The position numbers were made by a program, and so were the translations under genes. This document shows positions 27,385-39,911 of a stretch of DNA of 64,000 bases, one piece after another. The notes below the pieces were generated by a model that worked only from the letters and a program-made list of their open reading frames with translations, was not told the origin of the DNA and did no database searches. The stretch comes from Tubulanus polymorphus (Eukaryota > Animalia > Nemertea). Within the stretch, counting starts at the first letter, position 1. Each line of letters starts with the position of its first letter. Location: positions 24,276,150 through 24,340,149 of the forward strand of contig NC_134026.1 in assembly GCF_964204645.1 (NCBI RefSeq), written 5' to 3'.

Positions 27385-28074
27385 TTTTTGAATGGCGTTA
27401 CATCGAAGAATACATCAAAAACTTCTCATATTCTTCAGCGGAATCATTGCGTTGACACAACAGTATTCGATTCATGCTTATCGATAACGCAGCGTGGAAG
27501 GAAGTGCGGGATCCTCTGCACGGTTTGGCGTGAAACTACTTTCCTTACAGGAAACATTAATGGCGAATTACCACTCAGTGCCTTGTAGCAATATTTACTA
27601 AGCCTCAGGCCAGAGATTTTTTGCCACGGCAAACGGAAATTATCACCATAATCGACGGTATTCGATCGCGGAATGAAATGCGCACGAGTTTTTAAGGGCC
27701 GACTCGATGTCAATGCAGGCATTAGAAAAGCAACTCAACTTTATTCACAGGGAAATTTTGCCCTTTTTTTCCCGACCCCAATTTTTTTTTGAATACATTT
27801 TTATAAATATATTTATAGTTGCCAAGTTGATGAGATCAGATGCCCTGAAAAGTCACTAAATAAAATTTTTGTTTTTCAACCCCTCTGAAGAAATCCTACA
27901 TCCGTCCCTGATTCATATTACAAATGACAGTTTCGTTTCAGTGAGGGTTTTTCAAACTTTCAAAGTGATCATCAAAAGGAACATTTTTGTCAATCGCAAT
28001 AAAACCAACATGTCACATGGGATCACTCAATGGGTACCTGTATTACGAACACAGCATTGATAGGATATACTTAC

Positions 28075-28125
28075 ATTATAACTTCTTCCTGAACTGACCC
28101 CTGAACTCGGCGTTCTAGCACGATC
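28075..28125 (-). CDS. AUTS2: AUTS2-like coding exon 4 (DRARTPSSGVSSGRSYN)
   Basis: Acceptor ttttttattatcag|, donor |GTAAGT, 51 nt, phase 0/0. Resembles human SSAPSSLGTGYF, which precedes the CDSDS motif (recalled). Confidence 0.82.
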
Positions 28126-29349
28126 CTGATAATAAAAAATAGTTATAACTATCAATATTTTGGAGGAACTTTTTTTCAAGGTTAGCAGATACTAAGAGAC
28201 TCGTTTTACGAGCTCTATGAAATTAGATAACCTTGTTATATCATACATATCGACACAATATATAACGCGCGCACATGATTTAAGCATGAACCTAACAAGT
28301 CACTTGTAATGATAAAATTCCCGTGAATAACACTTAGGAAACACTTTCCATTTTAAATTAGTTCAAGTAGCATTAGTGCAATTACAAGTTCGTGATGTAG
28401 GGTTATTATAATGACAATTGGTGGCATGAAAAATGTTTCTAAATGGAAAAACTGTTTTAAGTACACACTGAATGAATCATGTTTTACGTCTGCACATGAA
28501 GTGTCTATCGAGAGGTGCATAAACAGCGTTGTCATCGCGCAGGATGCGTGACAGTTCGTTCTTTATCATATGCCAAACACATGCGTCCTCTTTCCCCAAA
28601 GAAATTAACACGGCTTTCGGGATACGGACATATATCGCCATTCAATATTCGATGTGTAACGAAATACCACGCGTTCTAAGTGATTGTGTATGATTGAAAT
28701 TCACCATCAAGCTATATTACATTATCACCACGTCTCAAACTCGTGCCATCATCATCCGAGACTCGAGCGTAAAGTTTGTGAAAAATCGTCGTCATTATCT
28801 GGTTTACAATCACGCATCGGAGACGAGAGACTCATGTTATATAGTATCGGTCGCCGGCAGGAAAGTGTGAAGTATAAAGTGATGGATCCCATTTACGCGG
28901 TCGATACCGAATCGATGCACCATTAATTGATCAACGAGTTCGGGATCCGTTAAATCTGCGACAAATCGCCCCGAACGCTCGGCTGCATTATGACAGGACT
29001 TGCCACCGACGTCGTAAACATCGATAAACCAATCTTAAACATCGCGTCGTCTGATCGACAATCGCCTGATTACAAATATCTAACATCATTCCGATTTTCA
29101 ACTTCAAGAGTTTATCTTTAGTCTGATTTTTTAATCGTATCGACGTGACGAAATATCATATCAACCCCCTGGGAAACCATTGATCACGAATAAATTGGCA
29201 ATTTCTGCACGAGATTCTTTTTATCGAATTGATAGTGAATCAGGTTGAATAATAGAACGCTCTAATATCAAAACACAAGGCTTGAAATGGTATCGATGTT
29301 TTATGAACTTATTCTATCTGATTGACAATAGCTGATATTTATATCTTAC

Positions 29350-29565
29350 CTCTGAAACTCTGTCCTGAGATATATGTTTGATAGGGCCATTCATATGAGA
29401 CACAAGATGTTGTTGATGATGATGATGATGATGATGACGATGAGGTTGGTGGTGGTGGTGGTGGTGGTTGTGGTGGTTGTGGTTACTTGAGACTCGTTGT
29501 TCCTCCTTAATTATCACACTTTTATCACTATTTTTATGACAATATCCGGGCGATGCAGAATTTAC
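29350..29565 (-). CDS. AUTS2: AUTS2-like coding exon 3 (72 aa, poly-His tract)
   Basis: Acceptor tatattttcag|GTA; VNSASPGYCHK...HHHHHHQPHRHHHHHHHQQH...QDRVSE; donor GAG|GTAAGA. 216 nt, phase 0/0. Confidence 0.82.
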
Positions 29566-31919
29566 CTGAAAATATAATGATAATTGCAGCGTCTAAGTTG
29601 GTGAAATATACGTTACTTTACTTTGGCCAAGGAGGACTAATCATGAATCAGCAAATAACCAGTTCTAAAACCTGAAAGATTGATTAATGAAAACATAAGG
29701 TACCATATCATACATTAAGAGATGAATAGCTAGATTTTTGGCGATATTTTTGTTAATCAAGAAAATAAAGAGGGAAGGAGAATTAAAAAGATGAACCGTC
29801 AAAAGTTTTTTCCAAAGCAAATTACATGTGCCACCAAATCGGTGCGTAACGTCAGATGATAGCCAGCGCATAACGAAAAAAGAAATAATTACTTAACGCC
29901 AGAACTGAGCACGGCGAACGTAGAAGTCGGAACAAATTTTTGAACTGTTCTATGTCTTGTGAGACGGTTAGCGGAAATGACTGCGTATTGAAATTGTTGT
30001 TTGATCTATGACACCGAAGTCAGCACCGCTTGTAAATTTGCTAATGAAATCAGAACCGGGTACAATAAATCACAATACAGGAACATCACGTAGGCGACGC
30101 GTCGCGGCTACTTGTTAGTTGCGGTCTCTTTTTCTGATTGGTCGTATTTTCGCGGCGTTAATGGTCCATCATAGGATAATCGACATCAACGAATCTATGT
30201 TAGAGCCATTAGTTTGCAAATCATGCCCTCTGTATAACGTACAGCCGAAGCTAAATTAAATCTACGGTCGATTATTGACGGATGCGCGTAGACCTTCCGC
30301 AGGTAAAACAGATCAGTCACATTATTACTGCAGTCGTGAATGCATCAATTCGCTGTTTACAGTGGAACTTAGTTAAACGAGCTACGCTGCGCCATCATCT
30401 GCTCGCGATGTATGCGCCCGTCAATAGATTTCTGTCATCATTAACGCGCCAGCGCCATTGTGCCCGATCTTCATCGTTTGTCAGCGCAATTATCTTGTAT
30501 TACACACGCGCTATTGTGTGACGATCGTACCATTAACGATATTTGATCAACACTCGAAAATGCCTCCGAAATTCATGGCACTGATACCCGACAATAGCTG
30601 CTTCGCCCTGTTGATAATTTGGACTGTGGCTCAGGTCGATGTATCACTTGCAATTGTCTATTCACGATGGATACATTGCGCGCCATTGTCTCGTGATATA
30701 ATCGATGAACCTCTCTGTTTACTTAGAGCTTGTTACTGGTCCATTGCTAAGCAATCTACTCATTAATATTGATTATAGATGACTACGCGTATTTTTATAT
30801 CTATTAATCGTCCATTCTTGGAAACAATCTTCGTAAATATTTATAATACGGGCGCTAATTCAGGTATCATAATTTCCACTGATGTAAAGCTCAAAATTAA
30901 TGAATTCGATCTTGTTTTCGATCAAAAGATCATAGTAACGAGAACCCAATACAATTATAAGCGAGAACAGAGGAACGTCACAATTAGTAATATAAGATTG
31001 TTCCAAGTATATACCTAACATATATATAACGTATATCTATATGAAGCCAATAATTAATTCAATGATCTGGGCTAAACCTATTACGCTTAAACTGGCACTG
31101 CCGCGGGATATCAATTAGTTCATGAAACACCAATCAATGATGTTAGACAAGCGCACCACCTCAGCCAAACCAAATCGGTAACAGGTCACAGTACAAATAA
31201 TGAAATATCCAATAGATGTGACATAGTGAGACTAAGTGACTGATGTATTATACCTGATAAGATGAACTATTGATAATTGGTTGTTATGTCCGAAACTAGC
31301 GGTTGAATTGATTTCCAGATTCTAAGTTAACATACGAAAATTTCTACACGTATCAATGTACGATGACTATACAAATCCTGACATAGATCGTAGATCACAG
31401 TAAGCTACATTAATTCAAATCAAGACGTACAATCTAATTAATGAGACCCCATATCTGTTATGGAGAAAGAACCAGTATCACACTCACCCGAGTGACAAGA
31501 GATAGCGTGATAATGATCAATTGACTTGAATTGCTCATCGGGACAACTTTATGGTTGCCATGGTCTCGCGTCAAGATACTAGTCAGTCAGTGCACTGCAC
31601 TGCCTCCTGTCATTAAATTCTTGAAGCTTCGTGGTGAACCTAGGTTTTCAGACTCCCACAAGAGGGCAACATCTCTCAGTAACAATATAAATTCTTGTAA
31701 CCTCTATATAACAATGTTTGGTTAGAGAAAAATAAACCATTCTATATTCTATTCTATTCTAATATCATTAATAGTGCATTACGTGTATTGTTAATAATTT
31801 TCTCATATTTTGAGAAACGTTTATATTTTCAGTTTTTTTTAAATGATATTGTACATATATTTTATAGTCTCCCTCCATATACAGTGGAAATGGTTGGAGT
31901 GCAAATAAATTCCTAATTC

Positions 31920-32372
31920 ATAATTTATCAGTTGAACTAGACAACCATAAGCACTGTCTCGCTGAATAAATTTAGGATCGGTTGCCACAAATCAAATGCC
32001 AGCAAACTTAGCTATGAAAACATTGAGAGAAATGAACGTCATCGTACATATCATTGGAATCTTGATAAATCTAGTGATGAATTACATTTTCTTTTTGAAT
32101 GTTCCAAATTAAACAATGTTCGAAGAGCTCGCCTAACAACCGGTAAACACCGTTAAAACACCTAACACTGTTAATACTTAATGCTGTAATAATAATATCC
32201 TTATCAAACTTGCTAGATTTATAAATGTTGACCTCAAATTACTAAAGTAAATCAAATGAATTGTGTTTCTTTTTAAGTTTTGTAGAAAACAAATTAAATT
32301 CTATTGTATAAGTTCTTGTAACCTCTATGAACCAATGTTCTGGTCACAGAGAAATTAACTATTCTATTCTAG
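31920..32372 (+). mobile_element. Degenerate 3' end of a non-LTR retrotransposon ORF2 with (ATTCT)n tail
   Basis: Frame LNKFRIGCHK...YENIERNERH...DELHFLFEC resembles a LINE ORF2 C-terminal Cys/His region. A second copy of the tail lies at about 31690-31760. Confidence 0.7.
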
Positions 32373-34883
32373 TTTAAACATTTTTGGTTACCTTGATATT
32401 TCTTCAGCACTCTTATACAAATCTAATAACTCAGCAACTTCTTCTCTTATAGAAGTTAGAACTGAAATCATGATAAAATCAAGCGTGCGAAATAAACTCT
32501 GCGTCATTTTGTTTTGAACAGGTTCTATCAGGTTATGATTCGTTCAGAGCACCTCTATTGAGCCCCTAGCAAACTAGACAATTTTGATTCGTTAACCATC
32601 AGAGTTTCAATTGTCAGCGATTTTTGCCATCAGGTCAACCACCACAGCATACTCAATGATTTTTGTGGCCAAATCTCAGGCCACAGTGTGGCGCTACTAG
32701 TATTTCACATCAGGGAGCTGCCATTTTGTGAATCGCACATGATTTTTATCCCGTCGATGATTTTCTGTTTGTCATGTGTTACGAAATGACTTATCACTAG
32801 GAGCCGCACACCAGGCGACGTAATTCGCTGGCAAATATCTATCATGCTAGATACTGACCGATCAAATCGCAGGTGACTATTTGCTGACCGACAAAAGTTG
32901 CCAGTGACCGTTCACTATCTTTGTAAATTTGTCACCAACAAATCATTCAGATATCACCTAGTGTGTTTGTTGGAAGCTTTAGATGGGCTCATACCCTCAT
33001 TTTGAAGTTTATGGAAACCAACGATTGGACAATTTCAAACTATCTACATTCACATGACCAAGTAGCTTTCAACTTTCTTTTAAAGAGTTAGTTTGCATTG
33101 ATTATTTGTCTCGATGAGATTGTATTGGTAATATGACTGAAACCGGTGATTATATGGATAGAGTTTCTTTCCGAATTTCCATCAATACACATCTTATTCC
33201 GACTTTAATATATTTTCAATCTGCAATGCAAACATATCATAGTTGCGTAAAGAATTAAAAATCGACAAATGACTCTTTAAAGTCCCGACAAATAATAGCC
33301 ATTCCCACACTTTAAAAGCATAAACAAACATCAAGAATGAAATTTCTGACCTATTAATTTTCCAAGTTCATTTTATCAAAATCTTTGTTCAAAAAGTTAA
33401 ACGCACTTGACTTTTGAGTTAATGATATCATTCTCGTTCATTCTAGTCTCAAGAGAGAAAGAGCAGAAACACCTGAAATTGCTCCTAAGAAATTTTATCA
33501 GTAGTAAATATGCGAGCGTATTCAGCCGCTGATTATTATTTTTAATGACAACATTCAAGTATGTTTTCTAACCCCCTTTCATCTAGCACGGCTCAAACGC
33601 ATTAAATACTTTCATACGTAATTAAAAATCAACCATTGTGGCCTTTAATCTGGAGGAAAAAAATTAAAGACTAGGGTTAGTCATTTGCTTTGCGCTTAGC
33701 AAAATTCTGCTTATCTTTACAAATAAGCTAACCAGTCTGCAATGTCTTGCGTACTAATAATTAAATCTTAAGCCACGAATTAACAGATTATTTCAACTGA
33801 AACATTATATGCAAATGCCCTACCGATAGCGGCAATCTATGATTATCTATTTGACTGTTCGAAGACTACTCTTCACCAATACCTAATCCGTTCTGACAGT
33901 ATGATTAAGTGCTCTTAAAGGGGTTGTAAATCACGAGCAATCGGGCGTCGGTGTGTTTACTAGTTTGTATTCTTATTCTCAGATGGCGCCACAGTTTACG
34001 AAGACAATCGTTTACATGTTATTGAGACATTTTCACGCACAGATCTCGTGTTTTAGATTTCGAGATACCCACGAATGATGACAAATTCATTCTTTAATGA
34101 ATACAGCCCTCAGATACTGGAGAGTCTGGTGTCATAGAGAATAATAACAACCTTTACAAACAAATTAGCCTAGTAAACAAAATACTATGAAAATCAGACC
34201 TCTTTGGTTATCGAGGCAACTGTTGTTATATGAGGGACCATCACATAATTTACATGGCCAATGAATATAATTTATTGTTTCTCATTATATCCATTAGTAT
34301 GAAACATGAATACGAATTCTGAAACATCATCAACAAATAAGCGAATCTTCAATAATGTTAAATATCAATGATTTGACGTGATGGCAATAGACGAGGTAAA
34401 TTGTACCCAAACATGTGTTGCACCGTTTCATATGGTTCATAAACAATTTTGATATACTACAGATGCTGTAGCACTAAAAATACAAAATTCTGAAATTATC
34501 CTAATGTTTCTAATGTGTCAAATAAGTCTTATTCGAAGGCTATTTCATATTTTCTGGAAACCCGAGCCGCTATCTTTTTTTTTGCACGGACAAGTTCAAT
34601 TGTGAAGGTAATTTAGCTTTACTAAAGATCAGCGTGTCGTGCTATTATAACATGCACATGGGGATATTATTCGCTATAGATTGTTCAATTCTGTTGATGA
34701 CACACTAGTCTCTTGTCGTTCTATGAATAATTCAATAGACTGCGTTTCGACCGCAAAAGGGGATCATTCGCAAACACATTCGGCAACTTTTTTTTACTTC
34801 GCGATGGAAAAAGTGCAATATTCAGATTTTCGCTGCAAATACAATAGACGAAAACCTCTTCGAATGAAAGCTCAATTATACAA

Positions 34884-35400
34884 CAGGGTTCCCACAGGTT
34901 GGCCAACATCATTTTTCAAACCTTTTCCATACATTTTCCATACCAAGATTATAAATTTTCCATGCCACTAGGTTATACATCGCCAACCTGATGATTTTCA
35001 CCAGGGAATTTTACCGGTGGGGGGGAGGGAGGTGTGATCCCCTCCCTGGTGTAAACAAGCCAGCATCATTATAATTTAGTCTAGATATGAAAGCATGTCC
35101 TGTCCTTCAATACAAAAGTAAATAAGTGGCATTAATGAATACCATTCACAAAGTGTTTTCATAAAGATTGTTCTCAAATGTGTAGTGACTAAAGACAACC
35201 TGTTATCTGGAAAATGACAACTCCCTTTTGTTATCAAAATTCTTAGTGGAGAGGATTGGCTTAAGCCTATAATTCAAAATTGAAGGACATTTTTATTTTG
35301 AGGTCATTTTCTGATTTTCCATACTTTTTCCACAGCCACAGAGAAAAACCAAAATTTCCATAGATTTTCCAGGGCCTGGAAAAGTGTTTGCGTGTTGAAA
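34884..35400. mobile_element. CAGGGTT-ended non-autonomous DNA element remnant
   Basis: Starts CAGGGTTCCCAC, with repeated TTTTCCATAC motifs near both ends and the palindrome TTTTCCAGGGCCTGGAAAA. It interrupts a locally duplicated segment. Confidence 0.55.
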
Positions 35401-36055
35401 AAGTGTTAAGTGTTTGCTGAGGATTTTTCTTATCATAAACTTCCTTCTCTTACCCCTTTTTCCATGTGGGCGACTCTGAAATCGTAACTTCATTAGAGCA
35501 TCATACTCCCATCTACGAGCTCAAAGGAACGCTATAGCGCAATGCAAAATTCTGCAATCATCCTCAAGTGACTGATTTCAAATAATATCATATTTTCTGT
35601 ATACCTAAGCCACTATCTTTTTTATTTTCATGGACGAGTTCAATTGTGACAAGCTCAATTTTACAAATGTTTGCAGAACATTTTTCTACTTAGAGACTTC
35701 CTCCTATTACTCTTTTTTCCTCCTATTACTCTTTTTTCTCAAGAGAATTCTGAACTCATTACTTGATTAGAGCATCATACTCCGATCTACGGCGCTCAAG
35801 GATGGTAAAGTTTAACATGTCAGTTCGAATGTGTAAACATTCTATATCGTACATCAGGAAGTATCAATTTTCAGTTTCCTGTTTTCAGTGAAATAATGCA
35901 CTTTATTTTCAATACTTGCACTAGCAGTCAATTCATGGATCCATTATGCGAGGTTGAAATTTCATGATATTAGTAGCAATACAAGATGCCCATTCTTTGT
36001 ACTGCAAACTGGCGTTATCAAGAAAATGGTAAAAATTTCCTTCGCTGAACAGTTA

Positions 36056-36422
36056 AGCCTAGCGCACATCGACACTGCGATTGGAGACAACTAGTTGCAA
36101 GGCAGTTTTCGGCGCATGAGAGGAACTGGCTGGATACGATCAGTTGCTTGAATGTGTTGATGTGAGCGAGCTTATGATTGGTAAGCGTCGATCTATCTCC
36201 AGTTCCAGCCAGTTGCCCATGTTCTACTTTTGAGCAACTGGTTGTACTCAATCGCAGTCATATCCGTCGATGTGCGCGCTCTGGATCTCGACGATCGACA
36301 CGTGCCATGCAGTTGCTGCAACTGACCGGTTGTAACTAGATTTCGATGTGCGCGGGGTAATCGGGGTAATCGTTCGGTAGCAACTAGTTGTCTCCAATGG
36401 CAGTGTCGATGTGCGCTAGGCT
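36056..36422. mobile_element. PIF/Harbinger-type MITE
   Basis: 43-bp terminal inverted repeats AGCCTAGCGCACATCGACACTGC(G/C)ATTGGAGACAACTAGTTGC with 1 mismatch; TTA on both flanks (36053-55, 36423-25). Confidence 0.88.
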
Positions 36423-39400
36423 TTATGATTTGAAAACTGGAAATAAAGTTTCCATGGCGGAAATTCTCGACTGATGTCAAAACCAAGTCCACCCACAGCG
36501 AAATAAGATAGCTCTGAACGCTGTAATTTAGATATTCGAGAAGGCCATTATATAGGATACAAGCAACTGAGGATAGAATTCTATATTCTACGAGTGATTT
36601 TAACTTGAATTCTAATTTCAATTTCCCTAAGAGCTTCATTCGTAAAAAAAACTAATTCGAAGCTCTTTTTCATCCACACCGAAGCCGCACAACTACTTAA
36701 CTTAATAAGATTTGGTTAAACCAAACCTTACAAAACCTGAACTTTACGAAGGAGTTAGCTACTCTGGGGAAAAACTGTTGGCATAGCCACTGCTATAGAT
36801 TCCGTCTTGGTTTAAACGTGGTTAAACCCAATTAGTGTCTTGTCAGATCATGAAATACAGGCGGAATTGATATAATTAATCACACTGATGATAGCGGGAC
36901 ATCTTATGGATTATCCAGGCGAACTAGGATGACAAACAATGCTGTAATGGGTGGAAGCCAGGATGCAGTAACAGAACAACCCAATGAACTCAGCTACAAA
37001 GTATATTCAGCATTCTGCATACTGACTATGGAGTTTACATCACATAAGGAGGTAGAGGATTATAGCTGGAGGGTAGGGCAGAACTACATTATCATCTCTT
37101 TGTTAAAAAGATCAGTACTCGTAAGAACATTGACGCAGACATCATCTAAAAATGAACATTCATGAAATAAAACTGTCACAGATTTATGCGACATAGTTTG
37201 CAGATCTAATGGAAATTCTCAAGGATAACTATTCCAGATATATCTACAATCAGTGTTAAACTTAGATTAGGTATTGCATAATTTTCTTATGATCCGAGAT
37301 GGATATAAGAATGAGAATACAACCTTACACAATGCCTACCTGCGTGTACATTACGGACTGGGCTATAAAATCCCTGTTGGACCCTCAAATAAATCGTTTT
37401 CAGTAAATTACTTGAAGAGAATGATTTTGCCGGACAAGCACGAGTGGAAAATACTTCGACGGTCTATAAATAACAACATAAAACGAAAATCCCCATGACA
37501 TAATAGATCCCCTCTTCAATCTTATAATCTAAAAAATTCTTAATATATACTTAACAGAAGTTGTCACTCGAGACTGTCGAGCGCTTGTAAAAAAAAGTCA
37601 TGACTGAGTGTAAATTGATAGCACTCAATTTAATGCGGTGGAATTTCCTTGGGAATCAAATAATCAATGTGTGTTGAAGTAAAACACTAATCTCTTGATT
37701 TTCATCTGTAGTTTACACGTGCCGTATGCTAGCAATACTATCCGCATATAATCAAAGAGGTTTATGCCGACTGCGTATAAAAATGTCTCCGCTTAGGGTG
37801 AAAACTGAAGCCATGAATTTGTGTCGCGCTATATACCAGTATCAGCGAGAGTGTGGTTAGTGACATTATGTCCTGCATCATCGGGACTAGAATAATTTTT
37901 GCAGAACAGTCCACGAGGTCGACGAACAATAAATCGCCGATGTCCATTATTGAAACGCTGCTATCAAACTTTCGACTTTGACGAAACAGAACTGATTGAC
38001 GGAAAACTGCATTTACAATTTCAGATGATGGAAGTAAACACTAGAAACAACAGATAATTTTACATCCAGCAGTAGTGAAAACATATATAACTAGTAACAT
38101 AAACAAACAATTACAAACACATACAAAAAAATCAATAGATAAATAGTGTTTCTCAATGAAATGCAGTTTCACTACGAGTAATCATCACATTGCAGGTTCG
38201 ATAATGACAATAACCCAATAATGTAGTATTCACATATTTAGCCGATTCATATCAAAACGTATTAACATAAATATAAACAAGAAAGTTAATTTTAATAAAT
38301 TATTTCACCCCTTCGAATTTTTGGGATAAGCTAATGTGGAATTGCAAATTTGAAATTGAAGTTTTCAGAAATTTGGGGAATTATGAGATTCGGGGATTGG
38401 GTAGGTGATACGAGGTCTTAGTCGAATTGATAACTTGCGACCGACTTCATTCACTTTTGTCTCTAAGTTGGTCTGCAACTGCATTGCCTCCATGGTTGAG
38501 GAGAGCTCGTCTGTCTGCTTCATCTGGGACTTTGGATGATGAGCATATCGTGTGGCCTAGCCGGCCCGGTCCCGGTTTGGCTGTCACTCGATATTTCATT
38601 TAAAATAAACTTGTTTATGCTATTTTGTATGAATTGTGTATTGAATTTGGGAATTTAAAGGATCAATAAAGAATTGAAATGTCACCTAATATGCATGCCA
38701 TCAGAGGATGCGGAGCCGTATATGACAGCTATGCTATCATAAATTGCTAATCTCATGAAACCTGCATACCCCTAATATCGAACATATTTTCTAAAACATT
38801 TGAATAATGAAATTATATGTTTACACATTTTTATATTGACCGCCGATGAAATTCACGCCGGCCCTACACAGATCGTAGATAGCTTCGTCATTCCACCAGC
38901 ATCCCCATGTCAGGGTCTTGCTTTTATATCAGACTTCCATATGTATATACATCCGCCATTTTGACCGAATAATCCGATTTACTTATCATTTCGATTTATG
39001 CCTGCTTCTGATATCATCATACATCCTTTACTATTTCAACACGTCTTCTAATGATATTCAATGCAATATAACATTTCGATGTTCAAATATGGCTCATTAT
39101 ATAATCACAGGAAGCCATTCTACATCTGTGTCAATAATATTCTGCCCAATAGCTTGTATGTGTACACATAGACCTGTGACGTTTTGCACATCGATTTATG
39201 GTTGTCGTTTGTAATATGACGCTGAATGGTTAACGTTGTTTAGGTTTCATAATGGTAACGTTTTATAAGGCGCCAAAAAAAAAAACTAAATATTAAGTGC
39301 AGCAAAAACAACTAGAGTGGCACAGAACACAGGGAGAATCGATGTAAGCTAACAATATGATCGGGATAATTCATCGGTCATGTAGCCGCTGTAATAACCG

Positions 39401-39911
39401 CTTCGGGGTCAGGGAAAAACTACGTAGTCAACGGACGAGGCTATTCGAGACTCTCGAGAGGAAAAAAAATGAAAATTTGATGACGATTCGCTAATAAGAC
39501 ATGTACGCCGACTTTATTGATTTGTTTTGCTGGCGGTCTCCTAAATACAGCTGTACGTTCTCCATTGGTAGAAACGAACGAACGACAAGTCTGACAATGA
39601 GGACTACTTGGACATAGCACTTGACACTGCAACATGATTGCTATATAAATTCTACCTAGTTTGACAAACCAGGTGTTTTAGCATATTTACACCAGTGATC
39701 CCTACAGTCAGAGTCTCATTTCTAGTGTTTTACGCTTTCCACATGTACCTCGAATGTTTGACTCCTAACAAAGTATGGCTACCTAAAAGCATGCTTCAAA
39801 GATTATAAATCATCGTAGCTCACTACGGAGATATTGTATTTACGAGAAAAAAAAAATACACATACCATTTCGACAAAGAAAAAATCGTTCCAACACAAGA
39901 ACGATGCTTAC

